Assembly: GCA_016839745.1 (NCBI GenBank)
Contig: JAEOTS010000147.1
Span: 1-43,468, forward strand
Source: Promethearchaeota archaeon
Lineage (GTDB): Archaea; Asgardarchaeota; Lokiarchaeia; Sigyniarchaeales; SOKP01
Direction: 5' to 3'
Length of the DNA: 43,468 bases
Shown: positions 1 to 9,940 of the stretch, piece after piece
Position numbering within the stretch: position 1 is the stretch's first letter
How the letters are laid out: each line of letters opens with the position of its first letter
Position numbers and translations under genes: made by a program
Notes under the pieces: model-generated
Databases searched by the model: none
The model's input: only the letters and a program-made list of their open reading frames with translations
What the model was told of the DNA's origin: nothing

Positions 1-483
1 AAACAGAAAGGCCTCTATATCCTTAATAAAATTTAAGGACTCTTTCTCAATCTTTTTTGTTAATAAGTCTAAATCACTAAAATTGGGATTCTCTACTAAA
101 ATGTGATCTACAATCGAATCAATTCCTTTATCCGGAAATGTAAGGTTATATTTATTCCAATTACCTTTATTAAACAAGTTCCAGTACTTTTCTAATACTC
201 TTTTATTATTTCCTGATAACCAAACTTCAAAACGGAATTCTTCATGAAGAAAAAGGATTACAATTTTCAAATTATGTGGTTTTAAAGATTTAGGATAGAA
301 GTGAAAATATGTTAAATCCATGTATCCAGGATAGATATTATTTGATACGAGAAAATCAGGATATTTGTTGTTAAAATGCGATCTTAAGTCTTTAAAATAT
401 TGTAACAGTCCTCTATAGGCCTCTTTAATGCTACCCTTTTTTAGCTGTTTTCTATACTCATTCATAGCTTCATGAAATGCCAT
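1..483 (-). CDS. Conserved hypothetical protein (DUF7000-like), 3' end runs off the window
   Basis: Not in the ORF track. Manual translation from ATG at 483 gives MAFHEAMNEYRKQLKKGSIKEAYRGLLQYFKDLRSHF...YPGYMDLTYF...FRFEVWLSG..., open to base 1. GAGGGAGGA RBS lies 7 nt upstream. Family name is from memory. Confidence 0.75.
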   Translation of the reverse strand, partial: MAFHEAMNEYRKQLKKGSIKEAYRGLLQYFKDLRSHFNNKYPDFLVSNNIYPGYMDLTYFHFYPKSLKPHNLKIVILFLHEEFRFEVWLSGNNKRVLEKYWNLFNKGNWNKYNLTFPDKGIDSIVDHILVENPNFSDLDLLTKKIEKESLNFIKDIEAFLF

Positions 484-625
484 GGCTTATTCCTCCCTCG
501 AACTAAAAGGCCTAGTAGTTAAATTTGCTATTGAATATTATTGTTATAAAATTATTCCTAAAGCTTTTAAACTTTTTTTTGGTTAGAACTAAGTTGTAAA
601 GAAAAAATAAATTGAAATTGGATTA

Positions 626-2035
626 TTATGTTAACTCCATATATTCTAAAGCTTTATCCTTTATCTTCATCATCGTTGGTGTATCGGTGCTTTCTTCAAG
701 GTAATTAATAGTGAATGTTAGTCTTCCAGCGACTGTTACAACGGGGATTACAAGCTCGATTAAGGGGGTTCCTGACGTAATAAAGATAAATCGATCTAAT
801 TCTAAGGTGCCATATTTTGTTGGGTAATCCATTTGACCAAGATTTGTAATTGCAAGTCCTGGCATTTCTGGTATTTGCTTTTTTGCCCTCTTATTGACGA
901 TATTTTTCTCGTCAGTGCAAAAGGCATGAATTTTTTCATATCTACTATAATCAGAAGGTACATTCTTACCGAAGAAGCTAAAATTCCTTGCATCGACGAT
1001 AGATGGATTGATTAATTCAGTAAGAGCCGCAAATTTAAATATTTTATCAATATCGAGGTTATCTTTCACTTCTTTATCAAATATCTTAACATTTTCCCAG
1101 AAATCCTTTTTTAGATTATAGACTAGTTTAAATTGAAATCCTGAAACATATAGGCCAATATTGTCGCCCACAGGTTTCTTATATTTATTACGTGTGTTCA
1201 CGGGGACCATTATGTTTTGTTTCCCTCCTTTAAAGGGCCCTAAAATCGAGGAGCGGGCAAATAGAAACGCTGTATTTAGAACAGAGTTAACAGTAACTCC
1301 ATTTTTTTTACATTGTTCAATTAAATCTTTTGTCTGATTTTCATTTAACTCAACTGAAATATTTTTGTTGGTATAAGTATCCCGAAATGCTCTAAAAATA
1401 TTGTCCTCATCTTCCTCATCAAATATCACTTCTTTCTTTTGCCACATATCATTCATTTTTTTAATGGCAAATATCATCGCTTTTCCAACTTTGATCTCTC
1501 CAGAAAAATTATCTGAAGTCGCTAAAGGAGCTTCTGGCATCACTTGTATCTCTCTGCTTGGATCTCCGAGATATAATAATATATCACGAGCTATAATAGT
1601 CAATGAAGTCCCATCACAGATAATATGATGACATACAATAATAATTTCAGAAATTTCTTCAGATTGTATTAAAAGAAATCGTGCTAAAGGTCCTTTTCCT
1701 AATTCAAAACGAACATTATATTCATTCGAAAGTTCTCGATCCCAATCATTTTCTAAAGTTCGCTCAATAACCTTTAGTTGGTTTTTTGGAACATTCTCCG
1801 TTGTAAACCAAGCATCGTTATTTTCATCAAGATAAATTCGAACTCCTAACAAAACATGTTGTTGCCTTACTTTATCTATTGCAATATTTAAATCTTCCTC
1901 AGTGATTAATCCTTTTACACGAGCTACTAACGATATTATCTGGTTTGGAGCCCTAAAAAATCTTCTTTCAAAAGAATTTAACTTTCTTTCATATTTTTTT
2001 TGTTGTGTTAATTCAAGTTGTGTTATTTTTATCAC
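626..2035 (-). CDS. Stand-alone condensation-domain acyltransferase (PapA5/alcohol acyltransferase-like)
   Basis: HHxxxDG catalytic motif (CHHIICDGTS), GPLARF motif, C-terminal ITNLG. No adenylation or carrier domain. Exact start uncertain because the GTG lies within a GGTGA motif. Confidence 0.85.
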   Translation of the reverse strand: MIKITQLELTQQKKYERKLNSFERRFFRAPNQIISLVARVKGLITEEDLNIAIDKVRQQHVLLGVRIYLDENNDAWFTTENVPKNQLKVIERTLENDWDRELSNEYNVRFELGKGPLARFLLIQSEEISEIIIVCHHIICDGTSLTIIARDILLYLGDPSREIQVMPEAPLATSDNFSGEIKVGKAMIFAIKKMNDMWQKKEVIFDEEDEDNIFRAFRDTYTNKNISVELNENQTKDLIEQCKKNGVTVNSVLNTAFLFARSSILGPFKGGKQNIMVPVNTRNKYKKPVGDNIGLYVSGFQFKLVYNLKKDFWENVKIFDKEVKDNLDIDKIFKFAALTELINPSIVDARNFSFFGKNVPSDYSRYEKIHAFCTDEKNIVNKRAKKQIPEMPGLAITNLGQMDYPTKYGTLELDRFIFITSGTPLIELVIPVVTVAGRLTFTINYLEESTDTPTMMKIKDKALEYMELT

Positions 2036-2052
2036 CTATTCTTTTATAACCG

Positions 2053-2069
2053 ATCGAACATCGATCGAT
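2053..2069. promoter_or_regulatory. Putative TetR operator 1 (ATCGAAC-ATC-GATCGAT)
   Basis: Near-palindrome with 3-nt spacer, one of three copies in the divergent intergenic region. Confidence 0.7.
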
Positions 2070-2112
2070 CTTCATTTCTAAGATTATAATATCAAAAATA
2101 ATATATAAATAT

Positions 2113-2129
2113 TTCGATCAATGATCGAA
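2113..2129. promoter_or_regulatory. Putative TetR operator 2 (TTCGATC-AAT-GATCGAA)
   Basis: Perfect palindrome, just upstream of the minus-strand TATA box (TTTATATA, 2109-2102). Confidence 0.72.
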
Positions 2130-2188
2130 CTTATTGAATGTTTTATTCCTATAGTCGGCCTTAAGGTTTTATAGTATCAATTTATATT

Positions 2189-2205
2189 ATCGAACATAGA
2201 TCGAT
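2189..2205. promoter_or_regulatory. Putative TetR operator 3 (ATCGAAC-ATA-GATCGAT)
   Basis: Near-palindrome directly upstream of the plus-strand TATA box TTTATATA (2209-2216) of the TetR gene. Confidence 0.72.
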
Positions 2206-2240
2206 AAATTTATATATTTAGATAGGCTATAGTTTATATA

Positions 2241-2816
2241 ATGACAAATATGTTTTCATCCACAAAAGAAAGAATATTAGGTGTTGCTGAAGAGTTAATC
2301 GAAAACAGTGGTTATGTTAATGTAAGTGCTCGGATTATTGCAAAAACAGCTGGGATTAGCGTCGGAACTCTTTATCATCATTTTCCAAGAGGTAAAATGG
2401 AGATTGTCATGGCAATTGGTGAAAAATACAGTGAAATATTAGGAATGTCAGAATTCCTTGCTGATCCTGATGCAGATCCGAGAGTTTGGTTACGTAAAAA
2501 CTTGGAATTAAATCAAAAAAAAAGAGCTTTCATTACCGCAATGGAAATAGAAGCTATGTCCCGACCAGATGAGGTTCAAGCACTAATCAATGAAAATATC
2601 AAAAAAAGAAAAGAAACACAAAAGAGTCTTATCCAAGCATTTAAAATGATGGAAAAGTTTGCGGGGAAAAAGATTAGCATTGAAAAGGCAAAAACGATGC
2701 AGAAAGTACTTAAAGCAATTATGCGACGCCATGTAGTTTTTGGGAACCATTTTGGTTCAGACGATGAATTTATTGATTTATTTCTCAAAATAGCCCTGGC
2801 TGTGGCCGAGGATTGA
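2241..2816 (+). CDS. TetR/AcrR family transcriptional regulator
   Basis: N-terminal HTH TKERILGVAEELIENSGYVNVSARIIAKTAGISVGTLYHHFP. Confidence 0.92.
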   Translation: MTNMFSSTKERILGVAEELIENSGYVNVSARIIAKTAGISVGTLYHHFPRGKMEIVMAIGEKYSEILGMSEFLADPDADPRVWLRKNLELNQKKRAFITAMEIEAMSRPDEVQALINENIKKRKETQKSLIQAFKMMEKFAGKKISIEKAKTMQKVLKAIMRRHVVFGNHFGSDDEFIDLFLKIALAVAED

Positions 2817-2901
2817 TAATTTAATCAAAAATCATTAAAGCTTCTAATTAATTATACAATATATTTATGAGAATTAATAATAGAAATGTGGATTATGTAC
2901 A

Positions 2902-3786
2902 ATGCCTAAAGCGAAAGTAAATAATATTGAAATTGAGTATGAAACAATCGGGAACCCGAGTTCGAAACCATTAATATTAATTGCGGGACTCGGAGGCCAG
3001 TTGTTAGCGTGGTCGGATGAGATGTGCGAAATTTTTGCAAATAGTGGCTTTTTTGTCATCAGATTCGACAATCGAGATGTAGGTTTGTCAACTAAATTTG
3101 AGGATGCGGGAATACCAAACTTTGTGGAAATTAGTGCTGCCCATGCTCGTGGAGAGATACCTGAAGTGCCGTACACTTTAGAGGACATGGCCGATGATGC
3201 TATCGGTGTCTTAGATGCTCTGAAAATAGATAAGACGCATGTCTGCGGTGCTTCCATGGGGGGAATGATCGCACAAATTCTAGCATATAGACATCTGTCT
3301 CGGGTGCTGACTCTTACAGTAATTATGAGCACTACTGGAAATCCCGAATTGCCTCAAGCTAAACCAGAAATCATGGCACAATTCTTTGCACCCGTCCCTT
3401 CCGAACGCGAGGCATATATTGAAGAAATGGTCAAGCGTGATAGTCTCAGTCACGGCACTTTTACTTATGACGAGAAACAAAGTAGGGATTATAGAACAAA
3501 GGAGTATGATCGTAGTTATTATCCAGATGGGATTGCTCGTCAATTAGCCGCAATGGCTGTTCCTGGTAACATTAAGCCTAAAATTTCTGCAATAAAAGCG
3601 CCTACTCTTGTTATTCATGGAAGCGAAGATCCATTTAACTCTATTGAAGCGGGAAAAGAGATTGCAACAGTAATACCTGGAGCAGAACTGCTGATTTTGG
3701 ATGGAATGGGGCATAGCTTTCCTCGTGAAATCATACCACATATCGTAAACGCACTAGTTACGAATAGTAATAAAATTAGCAATTAG
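2902..3786 (+). CDS. Alpha/beta fold hydrolase (esterase/lipase-like)
   Basis: RFDNRDVGLS, nucleophile elbow GASMGG, HGSED, C-terminal GMGH. Confidence 0.92.
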   Translation: MPKAKVNNIEIEYETIGNPSSKPLILIAGLGGQLLAWSDEMCEIFANSGFFVIRFDNRDVGLSTKFEDAGIPNFVEISAAHARGEIPEVPYTLEDMADDAIGVLDALKIDKTHVCGASMGGMIAQILAYRHLSRVLTLTVIMSTTGNPELPQAKPEIMAQFFAPVPSEREAYIEEMVKRDSLSHGTFTYDEKQSRDYRTKEYDRSYYPDGIARQLAAMAVPGNIKPKISAIKAPTLVIHGSEDPFNSIEAGKEIATVIPGAELLILDGMGHSFPREIIPHIVNALVTNSNKISN

Positions 3787-3865
3787 AAATTTCAGGGAAT
3801 CTATCCCGATTTAATTATGTTAACAAAACAAAATTTACTAATAAAATATTTTAAAAAAGCCATTA

Positions 3866-5014
3866 ATGAATCATACCATGAAAGAAATTACATCGGAAGA
3901 ATACTACAATAAGGTTTTTGGATCGTGGCTTGGGCGTGTAGCAGGAGATTTTGTTGGTGAACCTATTGAATTTATGCCCTATGAAAAGATTATGGAAAAA
4001 CATGGAAATATTGAATATTATCTTAAGCCAATAGATTTGAATTATGTAAATGACGATGAAATGTACGAAATCTGTGCGCTAGTCGCATTAGAAAAACATG
4101 GAATTGATTTAACAGCTAAAGACATCGCCCAAGAATGGCTTGATCGCCTTTATACATTCAATTTTACCGCGGAATTAATTGCTCTAAAAAACCTTAAGCG
4201 AGGAATTTGGCCACCAGAATCCGGAATTAACAATAATTTTTACTTCGATGCAATTGGAGCACAAATGAGAGCTGATATATGGGGTCAAGTTGCTCCTGGA
4301 TGTCCTGAAATAGCTAAGAAATACGCAGAAATGGATGGATCAATTTCCCACGACCAAATTGGCATTGAAGGAGAAGTCTTTGTAGCAGTCTTGCTCTCTC
4401 ACGCATTTTTTGAAAGTGATATTAGAAATAATATTGAAATAAGTCTTAAATACATTCCTTCAGTCGAAAAAAGCTCATACACTCGAATGGTACAAAAGTC
4501 ACTTGACATTCATGAGCAATTTCCAAACGATTTCAGAAAAGCCAGGGTCGCTTTGATTAATTACTGGGATCATGTGAGAACAAACGATCTAAAAATTACA
4601 GACACGCGGGGATCTCTCTCACATTCCTTGCTTAGCAGAAAAAGAAGCTGGTTTATTCTTGGAAGTAAATATACTCCAAGAAACGCAGGCGTTCACGTAT
4701 TACCAAACATAGGGATTATGGTTTTATCAATGCTATATGGTGCTCAAGACGATGATCCTCTTGGAAAATCCATATGCGTTGCCGCAATGATGGGGCTTGA
4801 TACTGATTGTAATTGCGGCAATATTGGGGCAATTTTAGGCGCACAGCTAGGTGCCGATAAAATACCATCAAAATGGAAGGATCCACTTCAAGATACTTTT
4901 TCCACCTATGTTAAAGGCTACGAAAAATGGAAGATTTCTGACTTGGCTAAAAGAATATCAAAAATTGGTAAAAAATTAGTTAAAGAAAAATGTCAAAAAA
5001 TAAAGATTCTTTAA
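3866..5014 (+). CDS. ADP-ribosylglycohydrolase family protein
   Basis: GRVAGDFVGEPIE, NDDEMYE, IGAQMRADIWG and GLDTDCNCGNIGAILG metal-binding motifs. Confidence 0.88.
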   Translation: MNHTMKEITSEEYYNKVFGSWLGRVAGDFVGEPIEFMPYEKIMEKHGNIEYYLKPIDLNYVNDDEMYEICALVALEKHGIDLTAKDIAQEWLDRLYTFNFTAELIALKNLKRGIWPPESGINNNFYFDAIGAQMRADIWGQVAPGCPEIAKKYAEMDGSISHDQIGIEGEVFVAVLLSHAFFESDIRNNIEISLKYIPSVEKSSYTRMVQKSLDIHEQFPNDFRKARVALINYWDHVRTNDLKITDTRGSLSHSLLSRKRSWFILGSKYTPRNAGVHVLPNIGIMVLSMLYGAQDDDPLGKSICVAAMMGLDTDCNCGNIGAILGAQLGADKIPSKWKDPLQDTFSTYVKGYEKWKISDLAKRISKIGKKLVKEKCQKIKIL

Positions 5015-5190
5015 CTCGTAATCATCAAGATAATGGATAAAAGTAATATTTCCAATTTTTCCAATACAATCTAAAATAATAAAAAATAGTAATAAAGAAA
5101 ATTATGCTTATAACAGAAAGTTAGAAAGGTAAATGGTAAGGTAAATTATTATTATATTAGCAATAGTTATTCAATAGTATTATTTACGAT

Positions 5191-6744
5191 TTGATTTTAA
5201 TGACTAAAATAAAATTTGAGGATCTGCCTCATCAGCAACAACAAGATGCTATTTTAAATACCGATGTTAGGAATAGATTAGTAAAACGAAATCGATTCTT
5301 GAAGAGGGAACCTGAGGACGAAGCACTCCCTCTATTCCTGGAAATTCAGCATATGTTACCTCAACCTATTTGGGACGGTCATCAAGATGTTTTAGATTGT
5401 TATTGGAAAACGTGGGAACTTGGCTTTTCAAAGTTAAAGAAACCAGAACCTGGGAGCGGTTTTATTACTAATTTTATCGATACTGCGCTCAATACAGATG
5501 TTTTTATGTGGGACTCTGCCTTTATTGTAATGTTTGGCCGCTATGGATCCAGCGCATTTAATTTTCAAAAAACTCTTGATAATTTTTACTCGCATCAACA
5601 TCCTGACGGATACATCTGTCGACAAATCAGACGAAAAGATGGAGCAGAACGCCACACGAAATTTGAAGTAAGCAGTACAGGACCTAATATCCTTCCATGG
5701 GCGGAATGGGAGTATTTTCTAAATTCAGGTGACCTAGAACGTTTAGCCGATGTTTTTTATCCTCTCTTGGCGTATTATCAATGGTTTCGAAGGTGGCGTA
5801 GTTGGCAAAATGGGACGTATTTTTCGTCAGGATGGGGTTGTGGAATGGACAATCAACCTCGACTTCCCGTCATGAATACTGATCGGTTTTGGTTACATGG
5901 TCACATGTCTTGGATTGATACGACATTACAGCAAATTTTTGCAGGTTCAATCTTAATCAAAATGGCGGAGGTATTAGACGAGCTAAAAAAGGTTAAGGAT
6001 ATCGAGATCGAAATCAGTGAATTAAGCACCTTCGTAAATAATAATATGTGGGACGAAACCAGCTCCTTTTATTACGATCGCTTTAAAGATGGTACTTTAT
6101 CAGATGTGAAAACGATTGGGGCCTATTGGGCATTGTTGGCGGACATCGTTCCAAAAGAGAGAATTTCCGCATTTATTGAACATCTCAGGATTACGAAAGA
6201 ATTTAATCGCCCACACAGAGTCCCATCATTGTCCGCTGATCATAAGTCTTATTACCCCAAAGGTGCTTATTGGCTAGGTGGCGTATGGACTCCTACAAAT
6301 TACATGGTATTGCGAGGTTTAAATCTCGTTGGAGAGAATGCTCTAGCACACGAAATTGCTCTCAATCACTTGGATAATGTAGTTCATGTTTATAATGAAA
6401 CAAAGACTGTTTGGGAGAATTACGCTCCAGAAAGTAAAACCCCCGGAAGTACTGCTAAAGACGACTTCGTAGGTTGGACGGGATTAGCCCCTATTAGCGT
6501 TTTATTCGAAAATGTATTTGGTATTTGCCCGAATGTTCCTAATAATCAGATTTTTTGGGATGTTCGCCTCCTAGAAAGGCACGGAATAAAAAATTACCCT
6601 TTTGGTCAAAAAAGTTTAATAGATTTAGAATGTGAAGCTCGAAAAGATCCTTTCGAAGAAGTCCAAATAAAAGCAACATCTACTATGCCAGTTTCATTAA
6701 TACTTAAATGGAAGGGGGGAAATAAAGAAATAACTATAGTATAA
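5191..6744 (+). CDS. MGH1/trehalase-like (alpha/alpha)6 glycoside hydrolase (GH63/GH37-like)
   Basis: FMWDSAF, GMDNQPR, YWLGGVWTPTNY and WENYAPE motifs. ATG at 5200 is an alternative start. Confidence 0.8.
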   Translation: MILMTKIKFEDLPHQQQQDAILNTDVRNRLVKRNRFLKREPEDEALPLFLEIQHMLPQPIWDGHQDVLDCYWKTWELGFSKLKKPEPGSGFITNFIDTALNTDVFMWDSAFIVMFGRYGSSAFNFQKTLDNFYSHQHPDGYICRQIRRKDGAERHTKFEVSSTGPNILPWAEWEYFLNSGDLERLADVFYPLLAYYQWFRRWRSWQNGTYFSSGWGCGMDNQPRLPVMNTDRFWLHGHMSWIDTTLQQIFAGSILIKMAEVLDELKKVKDIEIEISELSTFVNNNMWDETSSFYYDRFKDGTLSDVKTIGAYWALLADIVPKERISAFIEHLRITKEFNRPHRVPSLSADHKSYYPKGAYWLGGVWTPTNYMVLRGLNLVGENALAHEIALNHLDNVVHVYNETKTVWENYAPESKTPGSTAKDDFVGWTGLAPISVLFENVFGICPNVPNNQIFWDVRLLERHGIKNYPFGQKSLIDLECEARKDPFEEVQIKATSTMPVSLILKWKGGNKEITIV

Positions 6745-6815
6745 GTAAGATGTTATAGCGAAAAATGGTTTTGATTTTCATAGTTAAACTATTCCAATGC
6801 TTTCAGAAGAACCAT

Positions 6816-8264
6816 TTAATTAAAGTCTGGTCTTTTATCTTGCCATGGAACTAACTTTTCGAATGCTCTAGAGACTTGTAGAACAGTTAATTCATCAAAT
6901 CTCTTTCCTACAATTTGCATTCCAATTGGTAATCCCTCACTAGACCAACCACAAGGAATTGAAGCTGCTGGATGACCACTTATATTGAATGGATATGTAA
7001 ATGATAACCAGCCTAACAGTGAAACTCTTTTTTCATTTATAATTAAATTTGATTTCATCGTTTCTATATCGTGAATTCCAGATTTACCTATTTCAAACGC
7101 AGGACACGCAAGAGTTGGAGTTATAATTATATCAAAATCTTTTAAGAGTCTGGAAATGTCAAGATATATCATTTCTCTTTGGACTTCTGCCATTTTCAGG
7201 TCTACTGAGGAAAATTTTAATCCCATATTAATAATCTCTACAAATTCAGGATCCATTTTATCTTTCCATTTCTTCAAAAAAGGTTGAAATGCATAGCCAA
7301 ATCCCGACGTCCAAAAAGTCCAGAATAGTGATTCAGGATTTTTTACTTTAAGCTTACTTTTATCAACTGACCAGTTTAACTGTTCAAATTTCTGGATAGC
7401 ATCTAAAACTGATTTTTCAACTTTAGGGTCGAGTGCTTCCGCAAATCCTAAATCTAAGGAATATCCAATTCTTAAATTTTTAGGTTTATCATTAAGTTTT
7501 TCTAAATAACTATAATTTGGTTTAGGTAAAGAGTATCGATCTGAAAAGTGCTCTCCTACCATCACATCCAATAATAATGCAGCATCCTTCACAAACCTGA
7601 CAATTGGACCTTTATGAACGAATGTACCAAGATAACCAAATAAAAACATATTACTTTGAGGAACTCGACCAAAAGTAGGTTTGAGGCCATAAATACCGCA
7701 AAAACTACTAGGAATCCTAATAGATCCTCCACCATCTGAGCCTATTGCTAATGGACTCAGTCCAGATGCTACAGCTGCTGCAGCCCCGCCACTAGACCCT
7801 CCAGGAGTTCTTTCTAAATTCCAAGGATTTTTGGTAACTCCAAAAACTAAATTATCTGTTTCTCCCTTAAATCCAAAAGCGGGAGTATTTGTTTTGCCTA
7901 AAATCACAGTACCAGCTTCTCTAGCTCTTTTAACAAGTATATCATCTCTCCGCGATTTATTATTCTCAAAAATTTTACTACCAAATGTGGTTCGTATTCC
8001 TTCTACTTCAGTTTCATCTTTTATAGAAAGAGGAATTCCATTCAAGATTCCGAGTTTTTTATCTTCCTTTACTCTTTTATCTGCTTCTTTTGCCATCTTT
8101 CTTGCTAATTCCAGCGTTGGAGTACAATAAGCGTTTATTATTGGGTTTATCTTTTGAATTCTTTCGATGATTGTTTCTGTAATTTCTTGAGATGTTAACT
8201 CTTGTGTTTTAATTTTTTCTGCCATTTCACAAGCAGACATGAAACATATATCTTCCTTCTTCAT
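6816..8264 (-). CDS. Amidase signature family protein (GatA-like amidase)
   Basis: SIKD lysine, PGGSSGGAAAAVASG, GSDGGGSIRIPSSFCG. No gatB/gatC adjacent. Confidence 0.92.
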   Translation of the reverse strand: MKKEDICFMSACEMAEKIKTQELTSQEITETIIERIQKINPIINAYCTPTLELARKMAKEADKRVKEDKKLGILNGIPLSIKDETEVEGIRTTFGSKIFENNKSRRDDILVKRAREAGTVILGKTNTPAFGFKGETDNLVFGVTKNPWNLERTPGGSSGGAAAAVASGLSPLAIGSDGGGSIRIPSSFCGIYGLKPTFGRVPQSNMFLFGYLGTFVHKGPIVRFVKDAALLLDVMVGEHFSDRYSLPKPNYSYLEKLNDKPKNLRIGYSLDLGFAEALDPKVEKSVLDAIQKFEQLNWSVDKSKLKVKNPESLFWTFWTSGFGYAFQPFLKKWKDKMDPEFVEIINMGLKFSSVDLKMAEVQREMIYLDISRLLKDFDIIITPTLACPAFEIGKSGIHDIETMKSNLIINEKRVSLLGWLSFTYPFNISGHPAASIPCGWSSEGLPIGMQIVGKRFDELTVLQVSRAFEKLVPWQDKRPDFN

Positions 8265-8494
8265 ATTTTTCGCCTTATATTTAAGATAGTGTAGTATAAA
8301 GTTCTTTATGAGTAATGGATGAAAAGATTGTTAAAAATTTAAACATTTTGCTAGAGAGAGTTTATTCCAGAGCCTAATCACAAACAATATAAAGAATGGG
8401 TTGTCTTACCCATAAGAATATCAATAACTATTATAACAAATCCCAAATTACATATTATAATAATATAAAGAAGCTATCAGAACGGTTTGTATCT

Positions 8495-9835
8495 ATGGAG
8501 AAAAAGAAAGTTGTTATAATTGGAGCTTTAGGAATGGATTTTCACCTATTCAACACAGTTTTTCGAGATAATGATGAATACGAAGTTGTCGCGTTCACTA
8601 TCGCTGGAGAACAAAATGTTGGAACAACCGAGGAGACACAAAGGAAATATCCGGCAGAATTAGCTGGTAAATTATATCCAAAGGGGATTCCAATGCTACC
8701 AGAAGAACATTTAGAAGAAATAATCAAGCATCATCAAATTGAAGAAGTGGTATTCGCGTATTCTGATGTTTCTCACGAAGAAGTAATGCACAAAGCATCT
8801 AGGGTTTTAGCTGCTGGAGCTAATTATCGATTAATTTCTGGGAAATTTACCCAGATCAAATCTAATAAACCAGTAGTTGCTATATGTGCGGTAAGGACAG
8901 GGTGCGGTAAAAGCCAAGTTTCACGGGCAACTTATCGGTATTTAATGAGTAAAGGATTTAAAGTTGTAGCAGTAAGAGAACCAATGCCTTATGGTGATTT
9001 AATAAAACAAAATGTGATGCGTTTTGAAAAATACGAAGATTTAGATAAATACGACTGTACTATAGAAGAACGAGAAGAGTACGAACCGTATATTGAACAG
9101 GGATTAGTGATATACTCTGGAGTTGATTACGAAAAAATCATACGGGAAGCTGAAAAGGAAGCCGATGTCATAATTTTCGACGGTGGAAATAATGAAATTT
9201 CGTTTTATGTTACTGATTTGTTGTTCATTGTTGTTGACCCATTAAGGCCGGGTCATGAAGTTAAATTTCATCCTGGAGAGGTTAACGCAAAATATGCTGA
9301 TGCGTTTGTCATTAATAAAATGAATAGCGCAAAACCTGAGGATGTTAAAATTGTTGAAGAGAATTTAGACAAGTTAAATCCTCTAGCTACTAAGATTTAT
9401 ACTAATTCTGTCGTAACGATCGAGGGTAATCAAGATTTTAAAGGAAAGAGAGTTCTAGTTGTAGAAGATGGTCCAACTCTAACACATGGAAATATGTCTT
9501 ATGGAGCAGGATATGTTGCTGCTCAAAATAGTGGAGCAATAATAGTAGATCCTCGACCCTACCTTACAGGTTCAATGAAAACTGTTTTTGAAGAATTCCC
9601 TCAAATTACTGAAATTATTCCTGCAATGGGTTATAACGATCAACAGATTAAGGATATGGAAGATACTTTGAATAAAGCGGAAGCTGAAGTTATTATAGAT
9701 GGCAGCCCAATAGATCTTGATAAATTAATAAAGAGTAATAAACCAATTGTGAGAGTCAACTACGATATCGAAGCTATAAAAAGTCCAACAATAGAAGAAG
9801 TACTCGATAACTTCATTACCAGATTTTTGAAATAA
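8495..9835 (+). CDS. arcE: Arginine synthetase ArcE-like protein (COG2403, cyclic 2,3-diphosphoglycerate synthetase-like P-loop family)
   Basis: VVIIGALGMDFHLFN, YPAELAGKLYPKGIP, FAYSDVSHEEVMH, P-loop AVRTGCGKSQ, PMPYGDL, TIEEREEYEP, DGGNNE, VEDGPTLTHG. Clusters with OTC and carbamate kinase. Start moved from 8396 to the in-frame ATG at 8495 where family homology begins. Confidence 0.78.
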   Translation: MEKKKVVIIGALGMDFHLFNTVFRDNDEYEVVAFTIAGEQNVGTTEETQRKYPAELAGKLYPKGIPMLPEEHLEEIIKHHQIEEVVFAYSDVSHEEVMHKASRVLAAGANYRLISGKFTQIKSNKPVVAICAVRTGCGKSQVSRATYRYLMSKGFKVVAVREPMPYGDLIKQNVMRFEKYEDLDKYDCTIEEREEYEPYIEQGLVIYSGVDYEKIIREAEKEADVIIFDGGNNEISFYVTDLLFIVVDPLRPGHEVKFHPGEVNAKYADAFVINKMNSAKPEDVKIVEENLDKLNPLATKIYTNSVVTIEGNQDFKGKRVLVVEDGPTLTHGNMSYGAGYVAAQNSGAIIVDPRPYLTGSMKTVFEEFPQITEIIPAMGYNDQQIKDMEDTLNKAEAEVIIDGSPIDLDKLIKSNKPIVRVNYDIEAIKSPTIEEVLDNFITRFLK

Positions 9836-9840
9836 ACTTC

Positions 9841-9855
9841 TCTTTCTATTTTTTT
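9841..9855 (+). terminator. Pyrimidine/T-tract archaeal terminator
   Basis: TCTTTCTATTTTTTT just after the arcE stop. Confidence 0.5.
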
Positions 9856-9940
9856 CCAAATAAATCTTTGTTTCTAAAGAAATGTTTATATAATCAGAAG
9901 ACATAAGTGTAATTATACAATTTTATGAGGTCGAGAAAGT

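Noticed and set aside
6816-8264. Call as gatA (Glu-tRNA amidotransferase A)
   Set aside because: Only the generic amidase signature is evident and no gatB/gatC is adjacent.
8396-8494. N-terminal extension of the arcE ORF from ATG 8396
   Set aside because: Low-complexity Asn/Tyr-rich translation of AT-rich promoter DNA. Family homology starts at ATG 8495.
8495-9835. Call as true cyclic 2,3-diphosphoglycerate synthetase (cpgS)
   Set aside because: Lacks the DGEHY N-terminal motif I associate with CpgS, no 2-phosphoglycerate kinase nearby, and the context is arginine catabolism.
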